Shown here piece by piece: positions 1 through 12,991 of a DNA stretch of 64,000 nucleotides. The translations under genes were made by a program, and so were the position numbers. The stretch is from Lama guanicoe (Eukaryota): contig MU054323.1 of NCBI GenBank assembly GCA_013239625.1, positions 12,655,694 to 12,719,693 of the forward strand. The letters run 5' to 3'. Under the pieces are notes generated by a model. That model saw only the letters and a list, made by a program, of their open reading frames with translations. It was not told where the DNA came from and searched no databases. The number at the start of each line of letters is the position of its first letter. Positions within the stretch are counted from its first letter, which is position 1.

Positions 1-306
1 TAAGGACTTAGGTATTGGTATTTTTAAAACTGTGCAGTTGCTGTACTGTGCAGCCTAGGGTAAGAACTCTTAGTTAAGTCGCCAGCAAATTATTTCTTCA
101 GGTGAATATTTTACTATCATTAAAAGTGAGAAGAACTTATGAAACAATTCATTGAATCTGATTTTCTTCCTCTCCTAACAACCATTTTACAGCATCTGTG
201 ATGAAAATCACTGTAGTTCCCAGTTTTACAGAAAATTTTAGAATTTTAGGCACATAAATCATTGATTTTAAGCAAAATTAAGTTTACTAATATTTTTATC
301 CTCTAG

Positions 307-438
307 AAACAGCAGTAGATAGGCAGATCACCTTTCCTTTGTCTCCAGCTCTTAACATTGAAGTGGAACAAAATGGGAAACCGTCCCTGATTGATTTGAA
401 TGAAGAAATGCAGCACATGGATGTAGAGGAATCACAGT
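307..438 (+). CDS. BIRC6: BIRC6 internal coding exon (window exon 1)
   Basis: ctctag|AA..CAG T|gtgagt; (E)TAVDRQITFPLSPALNIEVEQNGKPSLIDLNEEMQHMDVEESQ, recognised BIRC6 peptide. Confidence 0.9.
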
Positions 439-919
439 GTGAGTTAAATTATAGAGCTGTTGTCCATGACAGTAAAAGGAGTAGTGATCCAAATGCATCA
501 TTTTGGGCAAAGATTTCCTTATGGCTTGCAAAAACTTGGTTTTAAGAACACAATTAAAAATAACCTATAATTCTGCTTTGGCAGTATGCTCTAACTTTCA
601 GCTCATCTTTGTGAACACAGCTGCGCTAATACTTACATTCTTGTTTTTTAATATCTCGGGATTTGAAATCATAGTTTTGTTTTGTTTTTTTTTGAAAATC
701 AAGGTGAATGTAAATAATGTGGGCATGAAAAACAACATAATATATCAGATAATTGATTATAATTCCTTGATATGATAGTGAATTCTTACTTGAATATGTT
801 CTAAGTGTGGAATTTTGTGTGGTGGTGTTATATGTAAATGGGATGGATATTTGCTTGTTCAATATTGCATTTTAAATTATATGCTAATTTAAAAGAAAAA
901 TCTGTGTTTTTCTTTTTAG

Positions 920-1051
920 GTCTTAGATTATGTCCATTTTTAGAAGATCATAAAGAAGACATTCTGTGTGGTCCAGTATGGCTTGCTAGTGGCCTTGACC
1001 TATCAGGGCATGCTGGGATGTTGACATTAACAAGCCCCAAACTTGTTAAAG
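920..1051 (+). CDS. BIRC6: BIRC6 exon 2
   Basis: ttttag|GT..AAA G|gtgaag; (C)LRLCPFLEDHKEDILCGPVWLASGLDLSGHAGMLTLTSPKLVK. Confidence 0.95.
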
Positions 1052-2469
1052 GTGAAGTAACATATTTTACAAAAGTAGGATTAATAACGCCATAGTTGTA
1101 AAAGTAGATTAAAAAAATGATTTCAGAAAAGTAAGATTTTTGGCAGAGGTGTAGGGGACTTTTTGTTAGCAATTCCATTGGTTTCCTGGTAGCTGAAGTG
1201 ATTTCCTCTCATAAGTGACTATTGTTATGTGAAACTGTAGATCCTACTTTCTGTGTCTTGAAGTCTCAGTGCTTTTGAAAAAAGTATAAAAAGTGAATGC
1301 AGAATGACTTAGCGTGACATAACAATTCTTCCGAATAACCAGACACCATGTTCTGGCATGTTTGCTTTTTCCATTAATTTAGAGTCGTGTATCTTCAGAT
1401 GTTTTTATATATGACTATATATATATATTATATATTGTCATATAGAACACACATTTATCTTCTCTTAAAGGGTAAGTTTTTATAGAGGAGTTTTGAAAGT
1501 ATCAGAGGTAATGATTTGAATGTCTCAAACACAAACTGATAATTAATGTATATTTAAAAATTGGCCATTTTATAGATATTAGATATTGCAGTAGTAGGAC
1601 ATTTATTTCACCTTTGCATCCCAGGGGTAGATATAAAAAGCCAACAAATGAGACACTTCGATTATTAAAGTATATTTGGAGGTGGGGTAGGATGTAGAGA
1701 TCCTTCCCCAAACCAAGGAAGTACCTGACCACCTAAATAACTATCTTAATTTGTTTGTCCCTATTCACACATTTACATTTAGTTGCAGGCATAGTATTTA
1801 TATAAATTTGAATGTACTCCCTTGACTTGCATCTTATTCATCAAGTTCATGAGACCCTATGATGTATTAGGGTACATACTGGGCTACAGTGGTAAGCAAA
1901 ACAAAAAAATCTCTTCTCATATTGCTGAGAGTTTAAGTTTTGTTGAATGAGAGTGTGACACTTAAAATTTTATATGAAAATTAAACTGTTGGCTTTGACA
2001 AAATTGGGGATGGAATTAAATGACATGCATTTTAAAAGATTCAATAATGTGAAAGTGTTAATTTTTCCTGAATTTAGTAGGAATGACTCTTTTTCTCATC
2101 AAATTCCTTAAAAAGAATCTTTAAACTGCAGAAAATGATTGCTGTGTTTTTGTGGATGAGTAACAGGATGTTATGAGCCAAAGAAATTTAGAAGAAGATT
2201 GAGAAAGAGGGTCTTACTAGATACTAGAACCTAGAATAATACAGCAATAAGAAGACTGTATGAGTGCGGTGCTAGCACAGTAGGCCTGCAGATCAGTGGA
2301 AAAGAACAGAAGGAGCTTTTGTAGTCACAGAAAGAGTTAATACCTGTTTAAGCAATAATAGGCTTATGGCTTGCTTATAAATATGTTAGTTTGAGGGTAT
2401 TTTTATGACAAGTTTTACATATAGATTGTATAATATTATCTCAATTTAGTTAAAACCGTAGCAAATGCA

Positions 2470-2690
2470 AACTAGTGTTAATAACAATCCATATTTATTG
2501 AGTGCTTCTTTTGTGCCATGCAGTTGTGTTTTAGTTACCTTTGAGGTAGGTACTAGTATTCTCATTTTACTTTTGAAGAAACTGAACCATGGAGAGGTTA
2601 ATTTATCACATGCCTAATAAAATGGCAGGGTCACTATCAAACCCGGGTAGTGACCCCAGAGCCTGTGCTTTTTCAGCTGTAATACTGTAA
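2470..2690 (-). mobile_element. MIR SINE relic
   Basis: MIR core-like tattctcattttac..gaagaaactga..gaggttaa and atttattgagtgct. Confidence 0.6.
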
Positions 2691-3122
2691 TGTGTACTTG
2701 TGCATCCACATATGCATGTGTGTGCATGCATGCATAAAAAGCCTGGATCGATATACGTAAAGATACATCATTGTCTTTGGGGGTTGCCTTAATGACCATT
2801 CTTTTGTGTGTGTGTTTTCCTGTAGTTCCCCAGATTTCTATTAAAATAAATAACTTCTTTGGGGAAAAATATACCAGGTGTTTATAACCCTTTGAAATTT
2901 CTATCTTATGCTGTTCACATAATCCCTGTGCTTTTTGTTCTTTTGCTACCAATGTATGAAGGTAATTTAACCTTATTATATGCAAGCAGTGTAATTTAAA
3001 AATGCTGGCCAAGTATATTTTTCTTTTTGTGGAGTTAATTACTCCACTTGTTCTGTGGAGATGAAAACAATATGATTTTTTGATGATTGAATTATTTATC
3101 CCATTCTACACTACTCCTCTAG

Positions 3123-3301
3123 GTATGGCAGGAGGAAAATATCGTTCATTTTTAATCCACGTCAAGGCAGTGAATGAAAGAGGAACAGATGAGATCTGTA
3201 ATGGTGGTATACGTCCTGTAGTAAGACTTCCATCCCTAAAACACCAGAGTAACAAGGGTTATTCACTTGCTTCACTCTTGGCAAAAGTTGCAGCCGGCAA
3301 G
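3123..3301 (+). CDS. BIRC6: BIRC6 exon 3
   Basis: ctctag|GT ATG..AAG|gtatga; GMAGGKYRSFLIHVKAVNERG...LLAKVAAGK. Confidence 0.95.
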
Positions 3302-3859
3302 GTATGAAACGATGTCGTTTTGAACTGTAACATTGCTGTTTTAAACATTGTGGATGAGATTTGGCACACTATTGGAAGTAGTATGGTCTGTAATTGATTT
3401 TTCTATAGAAACTTTGTTTATACTTTCTTTGCTGCGAGTTAAAAAAACATAATCAGGGAAAAAATATTTGAATTAACTTTAAGCAGACTACCTAGCTTTT
3501 ATAAAGTATATTCAGTAGGGAGTAATTGTTAGCAGGTACTCCCCTTTATAATTATTTTGGACAGTGATGCTTCTTTCCTTGGGTGTGAGACTTTGTTTTT
3601 ATGCCTTCTATTGGTAACTCACTGCTGAGTGTTTTTGCTTTTTTTTGTTTTTTGGGTTTTGTTTTTTTTTTCCTGTAAACATTTGGGAGGCTGAAGGAAG
3701 AGAAGTTGAGAAGTGATTTTAGAGATGTATCTTAATTTTCATGGTTCGTTTTCTACAGCTAGCTGTGTGTCATATAGTTTCTTCATACTTACCTGATCTT
3801 GGATTTTCCTGAACTCTGGAGATTTTGTTTCTCTATCATCATTATTCATAAGCAACAAT

Positions 3860-4090
3860 AGCAATATCAGTAACACCAATCATCTTATATTTGTATAGGT
3901 CTTCCAATTTTTCAAGGACTTCTGTGTACTTTATCTGATTTAATCCTCAAAATAACTCTGAGGTAGGCAGAGCAGGTGCTATTACCTCCATTTTTCCTAT
4001 TGAAAGTGAGTGAACCTTAGAGACTGGGGAGCTGGCATATCTCATATAGCTATTGCTGGGACTTAGACTCAAGACTCGGGCTTTATAATC
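3860..4090 (-). mobile_element. MIR SINE relic
   Basis: tttaatcctcaaaataactctgaggtaggc..attacctccatttt MIR-like core. Confidence 0.55.
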
Positions 4091-4321
4091 TTTATTCAGT
4101 GGGTTGTTACCTTTAAACAGTGATGATGTCTTTCTTTTTTTTCCCTTGTTATAATTCTGGGGCAAATTAATCATTTACTGAATATGAGGGTAAAGCTATC
4201 ATTTTAATTTGAGATTTATGTTTTGATAGTCATAATTCAGTTATTTTATTTGTAAAATTTCATAGTAAATTTTTTTGTTTCATTGGATTGTTCATTCAGT
4301 TATTTATTTTTATATGTTTAG

Positions 4322-4455
4322 GAAAAATCATCTAATGTTAAGAATGAAAATGCAGGTGGTACCCGTAAATCCGAAAACCTCCGGGGCTGTGACTTACTTC
4401 AAGAGGTCTCAGTCACAATTCGAAGATTTAAGAAAACTTCAATTTCTAAGGAAAG
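4322..4455 (+). CDS. BIRC6: BIRC6 exon 4
   Basis: tttag|GAA..GAA AG|gtaatc; EKSSNVKNENAGGTRKSENLRGCDLLQEVSVTIRRFKKTSISKE (different frame from the listed ORF). Confidence 0.95.
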
Positions 4456-4802
4456 GTAATCTCAGTTCCTTTTACTATTCTTAAAATAATAAAAGTACAA
4501 AGGAAGAATTCCAGTAAATATACCAACATACACAAAATTTTAAAATTCTGGCTTTTACTTGAAAATTTTTGTTTGGTTTTCATTTTAAGAATTTATAATC
4601 TCAGTGATGCTGTGTATTGTATTTCCACTTCACTGGTTTCTCCCTGGGGTCTATGTAGTGCCCTATAATTTAAATAATTTCTCTTCTTAAAAATTGTGGT
4701 ACTCATGATTTCAAATGAAACATATGACCAACCAGGTTGAAATAGGTTTAGTCTCACTGTTCCATTTTGGCTGTTAGTGTGTCTATATTTCGTTTTTTGT
4801 AG

Positions 4803-4964
4803 AGTGCAGCGATGTGCCATGTTACAGTTTTCGGAGTTTCATGAGAAGCTTCTTAACACTCTGTGTAGAAAAGCAGATGATGGCCAAATTACAGAACATG
4901 CCCAGAGCCTCGTGTTAGATACTCTCTGTTGGTTGGCTGGAGTACATTCAAATGGACCTGGAAG
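4803..4964 (+). CDS. BIRC6: BIRC6 exon 5
   Basis: tgtag|A GTG..GGA AG|gttaat; VQRCAMLQFSEFHEKLLNTLCRK...LAGVHSNGPG. Confidence 0.95.
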
Positions 4965-5054
4965 GTTAATAAGATTTTATTTACCACGGACTGCCCTTTG
5001 GATGTTATAATTGGAAGTTCAAGATGAGCCTAAATGTCTGCTATTGTTTTGCAG

Positions 5055-5186
5055 TTCAAAGGAAGGAAATGAGAGCTTGCTTTCAAAAACACGAAAATGT
5101 CTTTCAGACATTGTACGTGTTTGTTTCTTTGAGGCAGGACGAAGCATAGCCCATAAGTGTGCCCGATTTCTAGCCTTGTGCATCAG
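5055..5186 (+). CDS. BIRC6: BIRC6 exon 6
   Basis: ttgcag|T TCA..ATC AG|gttggt after a 90-nt intron; SKEGNESLLSKTRKCLSDIVRVCFFEAGRSIAHKCARFLALCI. Confidence 0.95.
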
Positions 5187-5757
5187 GTTGGTTTCAAGTT
5201 GAAAATATACTTTGAAGGTGCACCTGCAGTTTGGCAGGTGATATCTTGACTATAGTGTAATTTGGTGTTGAATATATGTATAACTAAGATTTTCAAAAGC
5301 TGATAAACATTACTAAGATTCTAAGAAAAAATTTTGGGTTTTTTGGGCAGAGTGTCATGTTAAATCTGTTAATAAACGAATTCTACTAACCATCTCTGCC
5401 TATTAGTAACAGGGGAGTTTGGTAAGGGGAGCCCTTCACCCACTTTCACTCTTACTGTCTGTATTTGGATTCTTCACCTGAGGCCTTGTTCCCTGCTTTA
5501 TAACAATTTACCAGGCTTATTTGTAATATTGTACAGATCGTTTTCTCTAAACCCTGAAACTCAAACTATATGGAAATTATTTAAAAGCTAATTTAAGCTG
5601 TCGTTTTTTCACATCTTTAGGGCTTTAAGGCATATTTTCTTGCAGTCTGTATAAGTACATTTAAAAGATTTTTGAAAGTGCAACACTATGCTTAGAGTTG
5701 GATTTATACCTTGTTGAGTAATGTATTTATGTTTTCTCTTTAAAACCTTTTTTTCAG

Positions 5758-5855
5758 TAATGGCAAATGTGACCCATGTCAACCAGGATTTGGATCTGTT
5801 TTGTTGAAGGCCTTACTTGATAATATGTCATTTTTACCTGCAGCAGCAACTGGTG
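5758..5855 (+). CDS. BIRC6: BIRC6 exon 7
   Basis: tttcag|T AAT..GGT G|gtatgt; NGKCDPCQPGFGSVLLKALLDNMSFLPAAATG. Confidence 0.93.
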
Positions 5856-7291
5856 GTATGTGAAATTAGTTCAGTCACAAATACCTGTAGTCTTATGAAG
5901 TAACTCACAGTATGCTTTGGGTTATATATTAACTAGTTTTTCTCAATTAGTCTTCTTTTTTTTCTGTAGCTTATCTGTTTTTTAAGGGGTTTTAAATTGT
6001 GTTTGGGTAGGCAGATATTATCTGTTTGATAATATTTTTAGGGAAAAAGTTATTTGGAGTTTTAAGTAAATACCAAGTCATCTCAATTCATACATTTTCT
6101 GTACGTCATTAAAATAATTATTTATTGATTGTAGATCAGATGGCACAAACTAAAATGTCAGTAAGTGCCTGAGAGATGACCTAAATAAATAAAATGGTTC
6201 ATGCACTTATTGTGTGTGATTGGTAGGGATTGTGGCAAACTAGAATTCTCTGGAAGGGGCCAGTAGTTTTTGCTTATTTGTTTGTTTGCTTGCTTTGTTT
6301 TGTTTTGTTTTGTTTTGTTTTTTTGCAGCATCTGAACTCTGTGGGAATACTGTTCAAGAATGAATGAAGTAATAATATAGGAATTTACTGTTAAGGGCTA
6401 CTGATTTGTCCTTTACTTAATGTTAGTTTTTGTAGGCATTTCTCAATCTTTTGTTTCATAAATAAACAACCCATTCAACAAGTTATCTCAGTGAGATAAA
6501 CATATTTCACAAGAATTTGATCTTTGTGATATATCAGAAAAAAAGCTCGCTCAAAGTTAGTTTGTAAATGCTTTTTTTTTTAATCAATGTCTTAATTTAG
6601 ACAAAAAGTCTGTTTATGTTTACCTTGAACATATACTGGCTAAAATTATTAACTTCTAATTATATAGAATAGAATGTTTTGGACTTGGTTGCTCACTTTA
6701 ATAGTCTCTGGTGTTTAAAACGGTTTCTTGAGGATAGTCTTAGAGGTAGGATGCTTAAATTATGGGGTATACTTAGGACTTAGTAGTTAGATATGTGTAA
6801 GTTTATGAGTCTTAAAATATATCATCATGATAATCCTTTAAGCTATGTTGACCTATATCTAACTGGCAGTATAGAATAACTGTACTTCATTTCCTTGTTA
6901 CAGTATGTTATTTGTAGCTGCCATCCATTGTTTTTGAAATTTTTAGTACAGAGAAACAGTATTTTAGGAAAGATGGCATGAAGGACCCGACATCTCCACT
7001 CTTCTAGCTGTTATAAAATGTCCCTCAGAGTCATCTCATGTTATTGAAAACCTAAATGACTAGATTGACCTGATATATTTCTCAAAAAATATGATTGAAA
7101 TTCTTTGCCAGTGTCCTCTTTGTCAGAGTCCCTGAGGGGAGTTAATCCTTTTTTGTAGGTTGCCCTACAGATTTTCTTTTCCCAAAAATCTTCCTAGGAA
7201 AAGGGGATATTCTGATAAAGATGAAATCTGAAGTTCTTTTTGTTAGAGAAAATAAGGAAATGACACATTGATTTATTTGTGGTGTTTTTAG

Positions 7292-7439
7292 GTTCTGTCT
7301 ATTGGTATTTTGTCTTACTGAATTATGTTAAAGATGAAGATTTAGCTGGGTGCAGCACTGCGTGTGCATCCCTGCTCACTGCTGTGTCCAGACAGTTACA
7401 GGACAGACTAACACCAATGGAGGCTTTGCTTCAGACAAG
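7292..7439 (+). CDS. BIRC6: BIRC6 exon 8
   Basis: ttttag|GT..ACA AG|gtattt; GSVYWYFVLLNYVKDEDLAGCSTACASLLTAVSRQLQDRLTPMEALLQT. Confidence 0.95.
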
Positions 7440-8197
7440 GTATTTTAATCTCGGGCCTTTCTGGATATGATGCCACCTTTGTACAGAACTGTTATTATAT
7501 GTATTTGCTTAAGGTTCTCTCTCTCTTTATTTTTTCTGGAAATATATCCCTTGAACAATTTTGAAAGTCCAGGAGATGGTTATTCAGAGGGCTAATTATA
7601 TTAAAACACTTAAAAGTGGTAGTTCTTGCTAATAGAAGACATATTTAAGGGAATTTGTTTCTCTGTTCTTAAAACTTTGTGGGTGGAATTATGTAAATCA
7701 CTTACTGTCCTTAGTTAGTATTTGTCATCTGCTGTTTGATTTTCTAAAACTTAAACTAATGAAATAAGAAATAGCTAAAGATTAGATCTGAGTTTTTGCC
7801 CAATCATTTGAAGTAGAGTATTGTTTTATATAAAACAATTATTTTTGTAATCTTTTTAAATTAGAAATCTTGATTTTTGACGACATTTTACTCAGCCCTT
7901 GTACTTTCTGCTGAGTTAATGTAAATGACTGGGGCAAGGGATGGGTGCCTCATATCTCTTCCTTGATTCAGTCTGCAGATGAATCATTAGCTACCAGTTT
8001 AAAATGAAATCACATTTGTTGTGTTTCTGATCAGTGTTTTTTGGAGTATAGTTGAGATTCAGTGAATTTAAGGAGTTAAATCTGGTTAGTGTCTCCTCCT
8101 ACCCTGTGTAAAAACTACTTTTAAACCTAAGTAAATAGATGATTTGCTAATTAGATGGCTGACAGGAAAATTGTTAGAACTTTATTTTATTTTCCAG

Positions 8198-8331
8198 ATA
8201 TGGATTATATAGTTCACCATTTGATCCAGTCCTCTTTGATTTGGAGATGAGTGGCTCTTCTTGTAAAAATGTGTACAACAGCAGCATTGGTGTCCAGTCA
8301 GATGAAATTGATTTATCAGATGTCCTTTCAG
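8198..8331 (+). CDS. BIRC6: BIRC6 exon 9
   Basis: ttccag|A TAT..TCA G|gtagta; YGLYSSPFDPVLFDLEMSGSSCKNVYNSSIGVQSDEIDLSDVLS. Confidence 0.95.
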
Positions 8332-10037
8332 GTAGTAATGTCTTTTATTAAAGGAGTTTCTGAATTTGATATCTTGGGTTTAAGCTACCATTGACTTCTA
8401 ATAGATTGCAGTTACTGTATTCTGTCTTTAAAAATTACAGGTTTTTAGAAGCGAATTTCGGTATCTGTGAATCAGTAAACTATTTCCCTTTGTTTCTTAA
8501 CTCCCTCATCAAAAAATACTGAAATTATTTTTGAACGGATTGTGAATTTGGTTTTTGTTTGTGTTTCATTGCATGTCAGTATGACTTTAATGTCAATAGA
8601 GGACTGAAATTTGGTTATTTCTTATATAGCTTTTTCAATTTTATTTGATGTGCCTTTCCTGTCCATAATACCAAAGAACATGCTATGTCATATTTCAGAA
8701 AATAAAATTAATGTATACTTATTGTAATAAGCAAAGATGCAGAAAGTAAAAATGATTTTCTGCATCTTCTATCCCACTTTTGGGAGGTAAACTTGGTACA
8801 CAGCATTACATACATTCTTGCATACATTTCTGAAGAATATGCTTCTGGGATTGTATAACACTATTTGTGTAATCTTTTCTGGTGCTAGAATTTGTTGTTT
8901 ATTTAGTTTTGTTAGATAAAGCAATGACCGTTATATTTTTTGTTTTCTTCCATCCCACTTAACTTACTGCAAGTGTTGCTAGTAAACCAAAATATTAGAA
9001 AATTTATTTGTAAACATATTAAAATGATCACTTTAAATATAAGACATTTTGGGAGTTAGTCTTAGTTTTGTTTAAAAGTGAATTATGAATTATGGAAAAA
9101 GCAAAAGTAAAATCAAATACAGAAATATAAGTAAAATGTAAAATGGCTCAACTCTAATCTCTATATCCTCCTAGATTACCATTGTTAATAAGATGTTTAG
9201 CTGTTTAGACTGGTTTGCTACTTGCTTGTTTATGAACATTTTTAGTAAAAGAGATCATACTATACTTCTGGTCTGTTACTTGCTTTTTAATGACTTATTC
9301 TTCCTTAGGTATGTTTTCTCCTCTGATGACTTAGGCTCTTCAAGCCAGTCTCTCTCTATCTAAGTGATATGCCAACTTATGAGTACAACTCAGTGGAGAG
9401 GTTAGAACTCCACCTATAGATTCCTTCTATACACCTTAGGATAGAATGAAATTCATTATAGAGTGTAAGGAGAACACCACAGAGCTCAGGCCACACCAGG
9501 GAGTTAAATACACAAGAGCAGCCATACTCATTACTGAAGACCCAGAAGAGGGAACTTAGAAATCAAGATGTAAATCTCCATATTAATATGTCTTCATTTT
9601 ATTCCTCACCTTCAGGCCTTCTGCTGCATTCCTTTTCTCATTTAATGGCATCCCTGGCACAAAACAGAAATCTGAATGTTGTCTTATTCTCCCCATTGAG
9701 GCTATCATCAGAGTCTGTTTTCCACCAATATATATTTCAAATCTGCCCATTTTCTTACCTCTCAAGGTTACAGTCTAAGCCATAGTCATCTTGAACCTGG
9801 ACTATGATAATAGCTTTATACCTGTCCTTTCTGCATCTGTTCTTGGCTCACTTTTCTACGTTTTCCAAATCTGAATGCAGTCATATTTGAATGCAAACCT
9901 GATCTCATCACCTTACCTCTCCTTAAAATATTTGTCATGTCTTCCCATTATTCTACAGTCCAAAGTCTCTACTATAGCACAGAAAATCTTGTATGATCTG
10001 AGTCTTTTCCCCTTGCCACTGTTAGTCTTCTTTGGCC

Positions 10038-11570
10038 CAGTGTTTCTCAAAGTATGGCAGAGGCTCCCTCAGGGTTCCAGAGATCCTTTTAGGAAGTTCA
10101 TGGGTCAACTGTTAATGTTATTTGCCTTTTTCACTGCATTGACATTTGTACTAATTGTACAAAAGCATGATGTTCTTCCCTAAGCACTTACAGTAACAAA
10201 TGCCAGATTCACTTAGACATATCTTTGATGAAACACTAAAAGTTGTTAGTTTTATTAAATTTTGAACCCACAAGTACACATCTTTTAAATGTTTTGTGAT
10301 GAAATGGGAAGTATGAATGAATGTTGTATACTGAAGAGCCATGGTTGTTTCAAGGACAAGCACTTGTGCAGTTGTTGTTAAGAGTTACAAGCTGAACTAG
10401 TTGCTTATTTCATGAAACACCATATTTATTTGCAAGAATGACTGATATAATATGTTTATTCAGATTTGATTATTTGGCAGGTATTTTCTCAAAAATGAAT
10501 AGAAAAAGCCCACCAGTATCCATCCAATTGGTAATATTTGCTGCCAATGTTGAAAGTAGAGCTTTTAAGCAAAATTTAGAATTTTGAAAAACTTGTATCC
10601 TCTGAAGTGAACTTGACAGCTTCTCAATACATAAAGACTTTTCTGATGGGCTCCAGTGATACATTAGTGAGTGTCATTTTCTGATATCATATAATGAAGT
10701 GTGTTCGCATTTGGAATATCTGTATATGTTGGTGAAACAGTATTTTCCAAATGATCATTGCATGGTCATTCAACATCACGCATGGGCAAAAGATTACTTA
10801 AAAGTATAAGATAGGCTGTTAACCTTAACGTAATAGAGTTTGAATAGTTCACTGATAAGATTTCAGACGCCATATTGCAGCTAATCCTAAACTACCATGT
10901 GTCAAGTTTTTGAATATATAAGACTTTATTAAAATATTCCTTTCTTTTCCAACTACATATTTGTGTTGGGCCGGATTTTTTTCACATACTTCTATCAGAG
11001 CAACATACTGTTGCAGAGGCAGATGGGCAAATCCAGCTACTCTCTAATAAGCCACATTTGAAAGAGATTTGCAAGAAAGTGAAACATCACCACTCTTCTT
11101 AAGTTAATTTTGTTTTGTATTTTTAAAAAATTTTTAATAGTTATTTTATTTTCGAAGCTACTTTGACAGTTCTGTTTTACTTTTTTTTAAAAAACACTTT
11201 TATTTTGTTGTTTGTTTTTTTGGGTGGGGAGTTGTAGAGGTAATTAGGTTTATTTATTTATTTTAGTGGAGGTACTGGAGACTGAATCCAGGGCCTCGTG
11301 CCTACTAAACATGTACTCTACCATTAAGCTATACTCTCCCCCCAAGTTTTTTTTTTTAGAAGACAGTTATTTTTCATCAAAGTATGCTATTCATTTTTAT
11401 ATCTAATAGTTTATTTCTATTAAATTAATATTTTAAACTATTCTCATCTTATAATTTCTGCATTGTTAAATATCAGTGTATATAAACAACCAACATAAAT
11501 GAAAACTTTTTAAGAGTTCCTTAAATTGTTTTAAAAATATGTAGAGGGGTTTTAGGATTGAGAAATACTC
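10038..11570 (+). mobile_element. hAT-Charlie DNA transposon relic (Charlie1-like), interrupted by the SINE
   Basis: Terminal inverted repeats cagtgtttctcaa (10038) and ttgagaaatactc (11558-11570), 11/13 match; degraded transposase-like internal sequence near 10330-10700. Confidence 0.7.
11180..11343 (-). mobile_element. tRNA-Ala-derived SINE, camelid Vic-1-like
   Basis: Minus strand GGGGGGAGAGTATAGCTTAATGGTAGAGTACATGTTTAGTAGGCACGAGGCCCTGGATTCAGTCTCCAGTACCTCCA (A/B-box tRNA-like head), then (TAAA)n, CCTAATTACCTC and an A-rich tail; tail end approximate. Confidence 0.8.
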
Positions 11571-12844
11571 CTCTTGGTACATTGTTCTTTCAGTTTCTCT
11601 AATGTGCCACATTCCTTCCTACTGAAAGGATTTCACTCATGTCATTTCTTCTGCTTGGATTCCCTTGCCCCAGTGGCAGAAGTAAACATTAAAAAAAATT
11701 TTTTTTCTTCCCATCAATCTCATGACCTTATCATGGAAGTATTTTATTACCCCTTGACTTAAACTGATTTCCCCATTTCCCCTTGACTTAATTGTTCTTA
11801 GAACTTCTGTTAAATAAAACATAGTACTTTTTTTTTTAAAGTTAAATTGAATAATGCGTAGTTTAATACTTGGCAACCTTGAACAGAGTGTGTGTTTCAT
11901 GACAATTAGGGCCTTCCCTTTTACTCTTGTATCTCCCATGTCTTCTGTTGAGTAAGTGCTCAATAAATGTTTAACACCACATGCCAGGCCCTGTGCTGGT
12001 GCCAAAGGGATGTTGGAGAACAACGTTATGACAGTTTAGTCTTGTGTTTATTCCTTCAGATGTTTGATGGCAGTTTATATCTCCCCATTCTTTCGATCTT
12101 CTGTTCTGTTTTACTTTGTCTATTAAAGAATTTTGTTTAAAGTAGTAATCTGATTCCAGAAAATTTGAAGAGTACTATTAATAACCCCCAGTATATACTC
12201 TTAATTCTTTTGTGTTCTTCTTGCTGTGGTTTTATAGTTCACATTGTTGTGATCACATGATTTTTTTTTTTAGTAGTACAAATACTTAAGCTATTTTTAT
12301 GATTATAAAGTAGTATGCCTCATTCTAGAATATTGATAGTGTATATAAAATATAAAGACTTGTAGGAAAATCTTGTTAATATTTTGGAATGTTTCTTTAG
12401 TTTTTCTTTAGTGTGTCATTTATACAGTTGACATCATAAAGTATATTCTGATTTTATGTGTGCTGATTTTAATTTAAACAGATTGGGTAGTAGCTAATCT
12501 AAGTAGCTGGTTTATTATTTTTTCCTCATTTAAAAATCTAAACGTCTTATTCTAGCAGAGGAAAAAGGAAAAAAAAAATCTACATCACTCGTTAAAGTTT
12601 CGTGATGGTGTGAGTGGCCACTAAGTTGCTTCTGTGCAACTCTGCTTTTGTAGCAAAGAAACTAGTATCTCCTGTTTGTTAGTTTTCTTAATACCATGTG
12701 TATTGTAGAAGCCCTGTGTAAGTTTTGTGCATTTATACATCTTCTCTAATTAAAATTGAAGTAGCAACTATAGTTCTCAATATGACTATTGCCTTTTTAA
12801 AGATTAATTCACATTTTATAAGACTTGTCTTTTTTTTGTATTAG

Positions 12845-12991
12845 GAAATGGAAAGGTCAGTAGTTGCACAGCTGCTGAAGGTAGTTTCACATCTCTCACT
12901 GGACTTCTAGAAGTTGAACCCCTGCACTTTACTTGTGTGTCGACTAGTGATGGAACCAGAATAGAAAGGGATGATGCAAGTACGTTTACTG
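12845..12991 (+). CDS. BIRC6: BIRC6 exon 10 (alternative donors after 12979 or 12991)
   Basis: attag|GA AAT; NGKVSSCTAAEGSFTSLTGLLEVEPLHFTCVSTSDGTRIERDDA then GCA A|gtacgt or ACT G|gtatat. Confidence 0.92.

Larger units (their letters stand above)
9560..11975 (+). mobile_element. L2 LINE 3' fragment split by the Charlie element (pieces ~9560-10037 and ~11571-11975)
   Basis: L2-like motifs (catcttgaacctggactatgataatagc; gcaaacctgatctcatcac) and the typical L2 3' end agtaagtgctcaataaatgttt near 11950-11972. Confidence 0.6.

Noticed and set aside
4965..5054. In-frame retention of the 90-nt intron
   Set aside because: The length is a multiple of 3, but it contains an in-frame TAA at 5008-5010.
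11265..11343. Functional tRNA-Ala gene
   Set aside because: The stems and anticodon arm are degenerate and it carries a SINE body and tail, so it is a SINE head.
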